Origin: Fistulifera solaris
Taxonomy: Eukaryota
Direction: 5' to 3'
Assembly (NCBI GenBank): GCA_030295235.1
Contig: AP026124.1
Coordinates: 2,046,001 to 2,110,000 of the forward strand
Length of the DNA: 64,000 bases
Part shown: one piece after another, positions 12,834-26,618 of the stretch
How positions within the stretch are numbered: the first letter of the stretch is position 1
How the letters are laid out: every line of letters begins with the position of its first letter
Notes under the pieces: generated by a model
What the model saw: only the letters and a program-made list of their open reading frames with translations
Told to the model about the DNA's origin: nothing
The model's database searches: none
Position numbers and translations under genes: made by a program

Positions 12834-13851
12834 TCACGCTTTGTCGGTGTAGAATCGAAGGCCCGAAAGAGCTAGAGTTACTCTCATTTCTTTTCCAATT
12901 GCAACGATGCCAGCTCTTCTTAAAGCAGAAACATCAAACGAGTGTTCAGTAGCTCCAGGACCATGTCCCCGAAAAGATGACCATGGGATTCGAACAGTTC
13001 CCCAATCCTCTGTTGGCGCTTGAAATGTGGCGCGATAGGAAGAAAATGGTCGGGGCAATCCTTTGTTTTCAAACTGCATCATGTGGTGTTAGAACTGACA
13101 TTCCCTGCATTGAATAATAAGGCAACAAGTATACTTACTGGACATTGAATTGAGCGTGATCTTCATCTTGGGCTTTGCACACGACATCAAGCTCTAAGCC
13201 GTCGTAGGAAGAAGCATCAACAGTGTCGAGTTCCGCTTGATGTTGCGCCAAATTAGTCGCCATTTGTATAAAACCGCCGTTATTTTCTAGGCTCACATGT
13301 CCCCGAAGTACGTTTGCTTCCCTTCCTCTGTATTGCTCCCGGGCTAGATTCCCATCCGAGCGTCCTCCCATGACTCGATCCGTGAAGCCACTCCACTGTG
13401 TCCCTGAACTTGTCGTAGGGAACGTTTCTGTCATGTCGTCGATAATTCCTGACTTGACGCAGCTCGCGTAAGCACTTTTACTCTTTCGAATGCTCTGTAA
13501 AAATCAGCTCTTTTGAGAACAAATTGAATGATACTCGTAAGACGCAACGACTTTCGCACGTACCGATCCACTTTCGGACGACTTCCCTCCCCCTTCATCG
13601 ATTCCGACCGCCAACGCGAAATCTTTGTTGGCTGCCCCGCCGACTTTTCCAATCTTTTTCAGGAAAGCCATTGCCTTATTGTCTGCTGTTGGTGTTTCAG
13701 TCGATGTTTTTTCGTCACTGACGGATCGCAAAGCAACCTTTTGGAAATGCTGTTGTGTGCTGTGCAGAAACGATGAGCAGCATTCTTGACACTGAAGAAG
13801 AATCATTATCCAAAGACAGTGAATTCGCAACGAAGAGCGCTTCGTGTTCAT
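12834..13851 (-). CDS. CIA30 (complex I intermediate-associated protein 30) domain protein, probably plastid-targeted
   Basis: WSGFTDRVMGGRSDG, GHVSLENNGGFIQM, DASSYDGLELDV and WGTVRIPWSSF. Introns at about 13495-13563 and 13074-13138; N-terminal signal plus SSF motif. Confidence 0.85.
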
Positions 13852-14358
13852 AGTATTGTCACCTTGATTGTTTGGTTCACGTAGTTTCAAATTAACTTGC
13901 TAAGAGATCAACAGCTATGATTTGTTGACCCGAAACCCGAAATGGCGAGAAGATTTCACATCAACGTGGTGTGCAATGGAAAATGCGCCCAACAATTCAG
14001 AAAAGGTAACCTACGTTGTTCTTTTTAATAGACTCAAACCAATACGCTTCTTAAATTCTACAATTATGGTTAGAGTGCAATTGTCATGCGACATCAATCA
14101 TGTCAATGGTGTCATTTCTCCCTAAGATCAGTGATCCGCGCGGTGCGCGGTCGTGTGTGATGAATTCTAGTCTTTAGTTCAATTTATCGAACACTAGCTA
14201 GTATTTATCCACAAACCGAGAAAAAGACTGGATAGAAAACATCATTTGCAAGGCGTTGCTCGATGTTTTCGAGCGTTACGGAATGTCGAGAATTTGGAGA
14301 AAATTACGAGGAGTTGTCATCGGATCGTTACCCACATGAAAATCGGAGCATCAATTCG

Positions 14359-15501
14359 CTAAGGTTTATGTGTCGAAATGATCTCCGCAATGCGTATACC
14401 AGGAAGTCGCTGAAGTTTAATCAGCGTAAAAGCGCGCTTCTTCATGAAATGTTCCTCGAGAACATTGTGTGCCCGTGGAACATGAATCATGCAGCGCATG
14501 CAATAGACAAGTAAGGACATGACGTCAGGGGACAAGGATATATCCAGATCACGTTCTTCTTGGCTATGAGGATATCCTGTAAGCGAGTCCGGTTCGAGAA
14601 GTGCAGAGAGCACGACACGGTTGTGTCGGTGGATAAAACGGAAAAGACAGTCAACTCGCTTTCGTTGACTCTTGACATTCACCAGATTTTCATCAATCAG
14701 CATTTCCTTCACTGTCAACTGTACCTCATGGATGCGTTGCCCGTCGGATATGCTCTCAAGAACCTTGATTGATCAATCGGCAAATGGCGTCGTATGTTGC
14801 AACGATGCCACATTTGACAAGGACAAGGGCAAGTAAAAATGGCATCGGTAGGTCTGGAGAAGTTAGATCCGGGCACTCATCGAAAAAGTCAAGAAAGCGC
14901 CACTTATTCTCGCGCGGGTAGATCCAATCGTCTTCCTGACTTTCAGAGTGCCTGCACAAATATTTGTGCATTTTAATATTGATCAAGAATCGAATCAAGT
15001 CGCAGGTGTCATCGTCATGCTGCAAAAGCAAAGGAATGAACATGGCAACGTATAAAATTGGCGACGGTGGTGGACCAGTAGCATCTAAACGCAACAGTTC
15101 CAAGGCATGAAAACGTGCTTTGTCCCAGACACTCTTGATTTCAACTTGAAGGACTGCGTGCACCTATGAAATCATGAAAGCGAGATGAGCTTCCATTTAC
15201 TCTTGTGTCTTATGCATTTCGCCGAAGAATCCTACTTGCGTTTCAACGGTGTTTCTGCCAAGACCCGCAATTCGTGTCTGGCGAAGACGTACCGTCGCTT
15301 GCTCAAAACGTTCCCAATTTTTCAGCCACCTCGAAGCAGATTTCTTTATGCTCACGATAATCAGCTTTCTGACATTTCTGGCTACAATAACATGCTGTAT
15401 GACAGCGCGAACAGCACAGCAAGCGCGCTTCAGGTTGACTGTGACAAGTAGCGCAAGAGGGTTCTTCCTTGCAAGTGCGGATCGTTCAAGGGATGCTTCA
15501 T
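14359..15501 (-). pseudogene. Degenerate MYND zinc-finger protein gene
   Basis: An unannotated frame reads SCATCHSQPEARLLCCSRCHTACYCSQKCQKADYREHKEIC (about 15335-15460). It continues ETQVGFF...KTQE*MEAHLAFMIS*VHAVLQ...ELLRL...DWIYPRE with in-frame stops and frameshifts. Confidence 0.75.
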
Positions 15502-15903
15502 GGCAAGCGATATACGAGCGGCGAAAAGATTCTCTTTGCGGGAATTTTTCGTGTTGTGTTTGGCAAGAATGATAATGACGGAGGTCCGCTGCGTCGTTTT
15601 GCTTGTTCCCGCCCTTTTGTGATGCCGGTCGTCATTCGTTTCGGTTCGTCGTGGCAAAAGATCATTTTTGTTTTCGTTTGGAGCGCGAGGACGAGCCAGT
15701 TCATAGAGCGACAATTTTACGGATTACAGATAAGGAATACGTCAGTTCGCTTCTCCCCCTTTTCTGAAACAACAAAATACAAAATTCACACCAACTCAGA
15801 ACAAGCATGGCATCATCACTCATCACGTTTCATTCAAAGGAATACTCCGTGTAATATTGTGAGCACTCAACAGGATAAGCTGATTCACAGCATCAACAAT
15901 GAC

Positions 15904-17468
15904 ATGAACCCTTCGAAGGAGTGCCATGAAATACCGCATTGCCCTGGCTTGTACATCGATGCCTTCCGCGGGCCTTACTTACGTAAAACACAACACATGG
16001 AACATGCTTTTATCTTGACCCATTATCACGGCGATCATTATGGCAAGCTTCCTCGTGACAATAAATATCAGGGACCTGCTTTGATTCATTGCACTCCGGT
16101 AACGGCTGCTTTGTTGCGAAAGGTTCATCAGGTTCCGGATATTTTCATTGTAGAACATCCGTACGGAGAGACCTTTTTCTTCCGACCAGTAGGGTCTGCT
16201 TCCCACGAACGTGCGAGAATCACATTGTACGACGCGAATCACTGCCCGGGCGCCGCCATTGTTCTTGTGGAACTACTTAATGGAGACGTGCACCTTCATA
16301 CGGGGGATATGCGGTACCATGATAAGATGAAGTCGTATCCTCTCGTGCAGGCAGCGGCGTTGGCACGAAAAATCGATTTGCTGTTCTTGGACACGACGTA
16401 TGCCAATCCAAAGTACGACTTTCTTTCACAAGAAGAAGCAGTCGATACCATTGCGTCGCAAATTCACGAATTGTTAGGATCCAGTCGCTCCGACGCAAGC
16501 GAAACGTTAATTTTACTCTCCTGCTATTCGATTGGGAAAGAAAAGTGTCTGTGGGAAGCGTCGACTCGTTGCCATCAACTTGTGTATGTGTCGGAACGGA
16601 AACTGGATATGTTGCAATGTATAGAAGGTTACGACGATCATGTATCCAGTCAAATTGGTCGTCGATGTACCCGAGATCCGAGTGCGAGTGATATGCACGT
16701 CATTCCAATGGGTTTGGCCGGTCACATGCATCCCTTTTTTCAACCCAACTTTGAAGCGTGTGCCGATTATGCACGAGAAGTTCCACGCCCAGGAAGGAAG
16801 CCATACACGAAAGTGGTTGCATTCATTCCTACCGGATGGGCCGATGCTAGTAATTGGAACAGAAAGAACTCAGTATCGCAATCGTTGTGTAAGGATATTC
16901 AAGTAGAAGTGCGCTTGGTGTGTTATTCCGAGCATTCGACCTTTTCTGAATTGCAAGCGTTTGTCAGCTTTTTGAAGCCGCGCAAAGTCATTCCCACAGT
17001 GTTCAGTGACAAGAACGATAAGCGACGGATTGAAGCGCGATTTCAGGTTGATGTAAACCGTGCGAAGAAAAGTCTAATTGAATCCATGTTTCGGTCTTCA
17101 TCAGCCAACCCACTTTCTACCGATACGAATAGAAACGATCTATCAGAAACATCGTTTTCGTCGCTTGAGAAAGAGATGGCCCCAAAGCGGCAAAAATGAC
17201 CTCCGGTGAGACCCCACACGGCGTTACTTCACTCGAAGACATGGGGTTCAGCCCTCATCGATCGAAAATTGCTTTAGAATCGTGTCATGGAAATCTTCAA
17301 GCTGCTATCGAATGGTTATTAAGCGATAGAGTTTTAGAAGGAAACGTCACAGATGTTGCTACCAATGACAGGACCATTGTCGAGAAGAAGGGACCGCAAA
17401 AGAAGCTTGCTGACAAGTCAAAAAACGTGTCGTCACAACGTATCACAGACTTCTTTCGACCGAAATAG
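15904..17468 (+). CDS. DNA cross-link repair nuclease SNM1/PSO2 (MBL/beta-CASP) with C-terminal UBA domain
   Basis: IDAF, LTHYHGDHY, DANHCPGA, LHTGDMR, LDTTY, YSIGKEK, PTGW and YSEHSTFSEL...LKPRKVIPTV. The A-run deletion at 17192-17196 joins the UBA segment (LEDMGFS...ALESCHGNLQAAIEWLL). Confidence 0.92.
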
Positions 17469-17504
17469 TGACAGGTTGGATTTTCTTTCCAGTATCGAGG
17501 AAAC

Positions 17505-19047
17505 TTAGCTTTTTTCTAGAGCAACGGCGAGCGATTGGCGACGTCTGTTGCGCTCATTTCGCTTTTGATTCAACACTAGAAGAATCAACATTCGAATTGC
17601 AGGAATCGCAAGAAAGACCATTGCATAATTGTGAAGGATTGGGAATATAAAAGCCAAAACGTAACCAACTGCAGAATTCGTAGCATATAAGCCACTCTCA
17701 TTTGTCCATTGACGTAGCCATTGAACTCCGAAGAAGTTCAAAAGCCTAAGGTTACGCAATGGATTAATTGCGTTGCTGTGAGTGTCGTAAATTTGTAACG
17801 TTCTTCGTGCCAATAGGCCGGTATTTTGTCTAGTACTTTGCGACTTGCGCAATCATTGCGAAATAGAAAAGCGGACAAAGTTTCGTCGTCTTCCCAAACA
17901 GCGTGCTGGTAGTGACCCATGTCACTCTCGGCGATTAACTCGGGAAAGAAAAACTCGGCATCCAATAATTTATCTGTCGCGTCACTTGCCTCTTTCGGAA
18001 TGCCATTGAAATGTGCCACAATCATGATGGTTTGTTCGACAAGTTGAGCCGACTGCTCGCTGCTTCTCGGTGGGTAATCGACATATGGTGTCAAGTCCGC
18101 TAATGATACGCTCTCATCCTTCTGTTTTCTCGAACCATTTAAAATGACCGCAGCACGCAGTCGCCAAGCGGCCGAACGCTCATGAGGTGGTGGCGGATCC
18201 GGACCGAACAAAATTCGACGGCGATGGACAAAAGTCCTTTTTGTCTCTCGCCAGTTGTCGTCCCTTCTCGTTCATTCCATCCTCCTTCTCGAATCAAGTA
18301 GACACCAGGAATTTCGCTCACCACCGCCGTCGAGTCCCTCCATCGCCGCATAGCCTGACGTTGACGGTTCGCTAGTTGTCGTGCACGCCACCAGTAGAAA
18401 AAGCTGGCTGGATTGCCGCAGCAACAGGACAGTACAAGAGAGAGGTCGTAAGCCATTTCCCGCATTACAGGATCTTGTCCCTCCGGAGAAGGACCGAAAA
18501 CAGCGTACAACCAGAGCAGCTCACGGATGGTATAAAAAGGGATCGGATTTGTCTCGTTAAAACGGATCGATGACCCCCATGATCTTGACCAGCTCTCGAT
18601 GCCGCCACCAACATTGCTAACAAAGCCGCCATGGCGATGATACAGAGAATCAGCAACGAGATGATGAGACCAAAAGCGGTAACGACTTTGATAGCACGTA
18701 TCGTCACTTTAGCGGCAGCTTGCAACGACGTTTTCAAGTCATTCAATCGTTGTTTTTGTCGCGCAAGCCGGGCAAAATCGGGCGGAAATTGGAATTCCAT
18801 AATGGCCCCTGGTTGGATGAAGCGAAACGATGCCCCATTGGGTCCTCCACCCACCGCTGCCATTAAAGCACAGAGTTTCCGAACAGGCATCGTTGACACT
18901 GATGCCCAAGACGGCCGCAACTTTTGCTGGCCGGATAGTATGATGGGGTGCGTCTTTGATGATTTGCAATATTTGATCGGCAAGCGACGTCTCCGCGGCA
19001 GTATCGTCGATGCCATCTTGTAGCGCACGACTTTCTTGCGAGTCCAT
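17505..19047 (-). CDS. Conserved membrane protein resembling the At5g03900 family
   Basis: VAAVLGISVNDA...L...GG...FQFPPDF, a TM segment, VFGP, LLSIAVEF.FG, W..RAAVI..., LADLTPY and F.GIP. Split across several ORFs by frameshifts. Confidence 0.55.
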
Positions 19048-19702
19048 TGGATGCTACAGAGTTTTTGTTAAATTAAGGCTGTTTGCATGGATCGCACTAG
19101 AGGTACAGTAACGATGTATTTGAAGGATAATAAAGTCTATTATTTTAGGACGCGGAAATCGAAAATGTCGTGATTCGTGACTGAGGTGCAGTCATGGTTA
19201 CGTTCAGACAACGAGACAAAATACTTTTGCATCTCTACTTTGTATTGAAAATGAAAATGAAAGATCCCCAACGCTTTCGCTGTAAATAATGAAGGCGTGC
19301 ATTGCAAATGCTAGCAAAATGCATCCTATTTCTATTTCTGTAGTTTCAGGTTTACAAAGCAGGTCATTTTCGTTTGGAAATGTTTGTCTCGTGACTGGAC
19401 GCCAATCGTGGGAACGTCAAAACCACACTGCGGACTGCGGACAGAACGAGTACCGCTTTAAGGGTACTAGGATTCAAATCTCCAATTGTTTCGGAAATTC
19501 AATTTTGAACAAAAGCAACCGAGAAAAGGGACGAAACAACGAGAAAGCAATGACATGAAAAGGTTGCTCCATCAACTGGTAAATCTACTTTAAATCATAA
19601 GCTCATTGCCCTCACTAAATGTTTGATTCATTGTTAAAGAATAGGACTGCTGAAAAATAAATAAATGAAAGATTCATCACATAAACCAGCTTTCCGAAAG
19701 CG

Positions 19703-20866
19703 ATGCTCCTTCCGAAACCATCAGGGTGGGCCGTTCGTTTGCTGGGAGTGCTAATCACTACGGCGCTACTTCTCCGATTTACGCCACACGTCGAAAACCC
19801 CGCCCGAGGATACAACATAGGGTTTGTTGGAAACTCCATTCTATTTTTCAATGATCTGCCGCGCGTGTTGGAGGCAATGACGGGTAATGTCATCTATCAG
19901 AACAGCTGTTTGCACGGAAGTTTGAATTTATTGTCTATCTTACAACGAGGAAATGGCATGTACAACAAGTGGAGGACTCCGAATGCCAAAATTCGTCAAA
20001 AGAAATACCCGAATGCGACTCTGTACGATTACGGCTTGTGTAGCTTTCCTCAATTGCTTTTTGGTTACGATGCTAACTTGTTTTCGGGCGCTTACGTGGA
20101 TGACGGTCGTAATCCTTGCTTTCAAGATCCCGATTACCTGGCGTATCTCAATGATACGTACACGGCGCCCGAATGGGACTTTGTGATCATCAACGACCAG
20201 ACGACGTATCCGGGAGTGTATTACAAGCGCAACTCGTGTTTACTGGCTCTGAAAAATGTTTATGCCAGCATGTTATTGGAGACAAGAGTCGACCCGTCTT
20301 TCTTGTGACGCATGGCTACAACAAAACGGATTTTGGCGGTAACAACAACACAGGATCGCCCTTGGGCAGTATTCCCGAGTTTACCAGTCGCATCTACCAT
20401 GGATACGAGATTTACGCTAAAATACTATCAACGTACTTGCCACCGGATCAAGAACCTTTATTGGCTCCAGTGGGATTGGTTTATTTACTGATCTGGGAAA
20501 AGAATTTTGCTTTTTGGGAAAAGTTATTCTATTATGATGGTTTTCATCCTTCGCCGCACGGAACGTATCTCATTGCGTTAACGCTCTACGCGACCATGTT
20601 TCAAAAAATGCCTTCTCACGGATTTCGTATTACACGACAACTTAGAGGAGTTGTGGTCGAGAGCTCGGCGAATGCAAGGATATGACGTTGACTATCCGAA
20701 CCTGCCGTTTCCAACATTTGAGGAGGCTTACTACATCTATCAAGCTGTACGACGAGTTGTTCTTTTAGGGCAGCTTCCATCGACTCTGATCGACGCACAA
20801 ACTATTGAAGAGATGGAAATTGATGCAGGTTACCAAGGATGGTACAATACCGATGGCGACATTTGA
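19703..20866 (+). CDS. SGNH/GDSL-like hydrolase, copy 1 (signal/anchor)
   Basis: IGFVGNSILFFNDLP (block I), WDFVIINDQT, LAPVGL and DGFHPSPHGTYL (DxxH). Two frameshifts join ORFs 19703, 20173 and 20651. Confidence 0.8.
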
Positions 20867-21348
20867 TGTATAATTTTAGACGTTTTTTTCAAATTTTTTC
20901 AAATAAGTCTATTGTGCATGAATACTTTAATGGTCAAGGAAGATTAGTGTCATGTTGGCGGACTTAGTCCTGCGAATGTTCCTAGAGACTTGATTCCATG
21001 GCTCTGACAACTGGCAAGGAACAGAAACCAGCACCCGATCCGTGACTAACCTCGCCCTTCGGCCAACCTAGCACTGATCCGGTAGTCGTTATAAGGGGGA
21101 TTCTCGAAACCTCAACGGTCAAGTTCTGTACGAAAGTAGTCGAGAACTTCATCAACGGAAACATTTCTTGGACCTACATAGGGGATTTGAAACGCCAGCA
21201 TGGCCTGTGCGCAAGAAAAAGAGCAACAAAATGAAGCATGTTGAATTCGATGACGCTCGATGAAACAGAGATTAAGTAAAGGGTAATAACTCTCTCTAGT
21301 CAAGGTCGAAGTATAGACATCTTGTTGTTAATTTGCATCGCTAAAGCA

Positions 21349-22965
21349 ATGTTAGGGAATGGAAAGAAGAGAGCTTTAGATGACAGGTCAGAGCCCTTAA
21401 TCTACCAGATAGAGACGCAGGGCCCTCCTTTCAGTCTTCCATCCAGACACCCATCTGAACACAATGCTGCACTTTCCTTGAGTAGACAGCAACCTGTGCT
21501 TTCAGGGAATACCCAAATGTCACTGCATTCGACCGAAGTTATCGGAACACCGTGGTTCGGTCATATGACAAATCACGGGCACTCATTGAGATCCATTCTT
21601 CAGAGGGACGCTCTGGCATCATGGTCAGGCTCACGGCAATTCTCGTCAGAAAGCGATATTCCCCGTGCGACTTCACGTGACCTGGGCAGTCCTCAAAATC
21701 CGATAGATTTAAGAAATGTAAGAATACCGGAAGAAGGGGGGTGATGAGGGCGTTGGTGGAGGGATTGAAACGAAAATACCATCGGAAGGGGGGTTGGCTG
21801 GCGGTCATGTATAGAATAGGCATGTGGTGTTCCGGTCCTTCGGTACTCGTGGTTATTTTCCTTTTTCCGCATTTGGTCTTATCTATGGTGCGTCAAGAGA
21901 ATTAGGCTACCATTTGAGTTTACGTCATATTTTTGAGCGGGTCGATTGGGAACGCGAAGTTAGTGTCGCTTTCATCGGAAATGCCTACCTATTTGTAAAC
22001 GATATGCCCCGTATCATGCAAGCCATTTCAAAAAATCAAATTCATCAAAACTCTGTTATTCATCCTGGAGGATCTCTTGGTTCGCTTCTTTTAACCGGAA
22101 ATGGAATGTATAGTGCATGGAAAACGGGCACGGCTGATCTTGGACAACAATATATCAAAGACTACGGCAGAAAGGAAGGTGTTTATGATTTTGGGATGTG
22201 TTCCGTCAAACAGCTTTTGCTTGGTGTCGATGAGTACATGGGCTACGGCAATCCCTACGGAGCCTACAAGAATGATGGCCTTAATCCTTGCATCATGGAC
22301 CAATATTACTACAGTTATGTGGCTGGTAATCTCGCTGATGAACCAGTCAAGTGGGACTATGTTGTGCTGGCAGGTCAGACGAAGCGAATGGTTGTTGAAT
22401 CAGCAAGGAATGACACGCTCTTTGAGCTAGTCAATAGTTATGCTCCCATGCTAAACCAGTCCGGGGCGATACCCCTCTTAGTGGATACCCATGCGTTCTG
22501 GTCGGACAGTACCAACATGACCGGCCTAGGAAATGACGTACCATCTTTTACAGCCAATATTCAAAACGGTGTGAAAGTCTACGCCTCGGCTCTTGCGGAA
22601 GCTCTACCGCGCTCTCAGGCTCCCATTATTGCTCCCGTCGGACTTGCTTACCTCACGGTCTGGGAAGAAAATTATGATTTGTGGAGAATGTTGTTTGTGC
22701 GTGACATGGTACATGCATCAGTGTATGGATCCTTTCTTTTGCCTGTGTCTTGTATATGACAATATTTGGACACCGCCTTCCCGATAACGACTTTCAATTT
22801 CCTTCGGAAGTCGCCGACTTATTCGCAACCTCACGAAAGTTAGTGGGCGGAAATCATTACTTTCCCAGCCAGGAAGAGATGGCATACTTGAAGAATGTAG
22901 CCAAAAGAGTGGTGCTGAAAGGATATGTGCCGCCATCATTGCCCAGGCATTCGTCGGGCAGATAG
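21349..22965 (+). CDS. SGNH/GDSL-like hydrolase, copy 2 (type II membrane, block I Ser to Ala)
   Basis: VAFIGNAYLFVNDMP, GNGMY..W, WDYVVLAGQT, IAPVGLAYL.VWEEN and DMVHAS; clear paralog of copy 1. A low-complexity N-terminus and TM segment are joined by frameshifts. Confidence 0.75.
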
Positions 22966-23645
22966 CGTTTCGTTTGGTCGCTATGAAGCTTCTTCGAAAG
23001 CTATCATTCTCTTGTGGAAAGATAACTGTAGAGACACGGATACCTGGTACCCGGTAAATCTTAGACATAATGCACTTCAAGTATAGCAATGTCTGCGAAT
23101 TACGACTAATTCCGATAGCGATTGGATTCGGGATTGGAAAGAAGGGCTGACGTCTCCTGACTGAAGGCCAGGACTCGAGAGAATTGTCGGCTTTCCTCGC
23201 CACTGGATAAATTTTAGGTGTAGCATTGGCCATTGGTGGTCAAACTAGACTGGAAAGGCAAAATAATCATGTGCTGCACGCACAAAATCGATCACGACTC
23301 AAGACTGAAATCCAGTCTGGCACCGGGCATTCAAACATATGACACCACACTGCGACACGTCTTTACCACTTGGTAATAAAGGTAACGAAAACCCACCAAA
23401 AAACCAACCATCGCAATCCATCAGCAACCGAGACCTCGAGGGGTCAGCAAATCGATTGCAGAGAGTTGCAAAAGATATTGTTGCTGTTATTTTTACACAA
23501 TCAAACTTGAAATCATCTCTTGGGTCGAAAGGTGACACAAGGAACGGACTTTTAACGCCCTCTTTGCAGCACACGATCGAACCCGAAGCGCTACTTTTGG
23601 ATAAGCATCGCCGTGGTTTGATTATTATTATTATTCCGTTTCATT

Positions 23646-26618
23646 ATGTCATCCGTTCCTACTATCAAATCAGAAGATGGTGAAGAGCAGCTATTGAGTC
23701 CACAGCCACTACCGGCAAGTAAAACGACTACAAAACTCGCCGGCCGTCAGACATCATCCGGTGAAATTTCTTTTGTGTCCGACCACAAGAAAGGACCCTC
23801 TATTTCAATTGATCCTCCAGATGACCTTGCGCTTAGAGAATCTGTATCCGGCGAGGCTGGTTTATCGACTTCTCCATCTGCGGAAGACGAAGAAATTCAG
23901 CTCGCCAAGGCAATGATTTTAGCCATGCAAAGTAATCCGAACGCGACCCCCGATGAAATTCATGCCATGCTCGCCAAGCAGGGCATGCAAAGGGCGTCAT
24001 TCACAGCTTCGAAAGAGTCCTCCAACTCGCAGCCCTTGATTCCAGGACGTCTTATGGCCAATTTGATGGCGAATCCGTTCTCGTCGTCCATTTCTTCGGC
24101 TGGTAACACGTTGAAAGAAATGAATTGGGACAAGGCTCTCAAAGGATTGGATGACATTCTGACAGAGGGCGTCTCAAAATTGGAAGAAGTTGGTAATTCT
24201 CTCGGGCTACCGAACGCCAAGCCTCCCTCCGTACCACCACCTGTCAAAACAAACTCACCAGAGGAAACGGAAAAACCGAAACCTGCTGGAGGACTCAAGC
24301 GGTCATTTACTAATAAACACAAAGCTCTTCGCACTCCACCAATCAGTCCAGTTGACGGAGATAAACCTGTCTTGACACAAATACTATCAGACGCACCAAG
24401 TCTAGGATCGCTAAAGGATTCGAAGTCCAAGTTCGAATCTCCAATGAAGCCACCCCCGATTCGACTGAGTGGGCTAGCATGGAAAAGACGTGGTGGGATG
24501 GGCAAATTCTCTTCTACGGCGGCATGGGAAAGGCGCCGCATTGAACTACAAGGGAATATTTTGCTCTATTACTTACGTGACGCATCAGAAGAAACCACGA
24601 CGGGAAGTGACTACATTTCTCCTACCAAAAGCTTATCGGCGGATGAAGACCAATCACCTGAGGGAATAGTTGTAACAAAACGAGCTACTTGGTTGGAACA
24701 GGCGGCGCAAAACTGGATTGCCGGCTCTGATGACCCTACGGCTCCGCGAGGCTACATTGATTTGGTCAAGGAAAAGCTACTGTTCAAGCTACAACCGGCG
24801 ATTCCGGGTGTCCATCGCCCTTCGCTATCAGCATCAAAGTCAGAGGGGAGACAAAGTGGAAGCTGTGCTTCGATCACCATCGATCACAGATGGAATGGCT
24901 TGTTGCTATTACCGATATAGTCGTTCAAAATAGCGTTGATCAGTACAACGCCCTGCTATTGCAGGCCGCAGACCCGGCTTACCAAAATGAAACTGCAGTG
25001 TTCCGCCCACCATCGGTCGAAAAGCCTCCGTCCAAGGATAATGATAAATCACATCGGCTTTGGATGACGGAGCCGTACTCAGTATCGAGTTTTAATGGCG
25101 GAAAGAATGACGCTTTTGATAGAGATGGCGCGGAGAAAAGTTCATCTGAAGGAATAGACGACTCGCAAAGGTCAAGGGTGGCAGAGTCGGAAATACTTGT
25201 CACCCCTGAAATTAACGTCGCTTTAGATTCAGCTAATTCGTCGGACAAATGGAAGATTCCGGAGAAGCATCTATTTTACGTGTTCGGGGTTATCAACGTA
25301 TCGCTGATTTACGCACGTGCGTCATCAACAAGTCTAGAAGGCTTCTGGTATCTCGTATCACTCGCAAACCTAGGCATCTATCTATGTTTGTCAAAAGATA
25401 ACAGTAAAGAAGTCCGCCTAATGCATGCGAAAGTTTCGACAATAGCTGCAAAAGGAGGAAATGTTATGCCTTTCGTGGGTGGTCTGGATCGAGAGCTTCC
25501 TTCTAAAGGTGTGGCTCGGGCCGAGAAAACGAAAGGTTTTGTTCCACAGGCAGGCTCGACGACGGTGCGCATTGAAAACCCATCTGATCCTCCTGTAAAC
25601 GAAAAGAATGAGCATTTTGTTGGGTGGAAGGTGGATCGCGGGGATTCTCTTTGGTTCGGTCGCATGGTTATTTGTCGACGAAGAAGAAGATTCCATCTCC
25701 TGGAGAACTGTACGACTGTATTCACATGGACGCTTTCGAATCACCACACCGTTATCCCGACATGGGAGCTCGTGTACAGTTACCAGAAGTGAAACATGAT
25801 GATGGAGACATTAAGAAAACTTGGAGGGCTCCCGACATTTTTATTGTCAGCATAGCGTTGCCAACAGACCCTCCGAAATTGGGCAGCAGCAGTAGTGATG
25901 GTGGTGGCTACACGATCACGGCATACTTTCGAATGAAGCAAGAAACGCGGGATATTTTAAAGCGAGTCACGGCGGAAGGTTACGATGCATCATCAGAGAA
26001 AGTTGATGATCCACAAAAGAGCCAGGTGAACGCTGTGCGATTGTTTGAGGAGTGGTGTAGACGAGCGCCGACCGATGGCAAGTTTCAATCCCGTTTCAAG
26101 ATCGTCCCTAATGCGCATAACCTCAAAGAAATCGGGATGCCGGTACGTATCCGGCAGTATTAACAATTACTTGCCCCGTCCATTCGTTCGTCTCAATTCG
26201 TTGCGCTTATCAAATCTCTACACAGGGGTGGATAGCGAAATACAATGGCACGCCTTTCCTCATCAAGCGCCCAGGTCAAACAGGGTTCTTGTTTTCCCAC
26301 CCTGAACTTTCGTGCATGGAGTTCGACGTGTCGCTACATGTGTTTCCGTATCTTGCAAAGCAAGCGATTTGCTTCATGAAAGAGAGCTTTTTCAGGAAAA
26401 CATTGGTTACGTTTGGCTTTGTTATTGAGGGGCGTACCGACGATGAGGTAAGTTCATTGGTTTGTTCTAATTGCAATCTCGGATGTAAGATACTCACCAT
26501 GTTGTATCTCCAGTTACCTGAGTGCTTGATAGGTCTATTCCAGTTGTGCTATCCAGACCCGAAATACGCTATTCAAGCCGCGGACTTTTTCAGTGGGAAG
26601 GCACAACGATCATTTTAA
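23646..26618 (+). CDS. PH-domain and EDR2 C-terminal (DUF1336) protein
   Basis: PH domain LSGLAWKRRGG...WERRRIEL...LLYY...PRGYIDL...WL.AI; DUF1336 VRSHGYLSTKKKIPS...RFKI...NG.PFLI...EFDVSLH...GFVIEGRTDDELPE. Two 3' introns and two frameshifts. Confidence 0.8.

Noticed and set aside
15469..15903. 145-aa N-terminal extension of SNM1 in the ORF track
   Set aside because: It has a non-ATG start, non-protein-like composition and overlaps the MYND pseudogene start. ATG 15904 directly precedes the MBL domain.
20982..21303. Short minus-strand ORFs between the SGNH paralogs
   Set aside because: No recognisable domain, interrupted by stops, and no other support.
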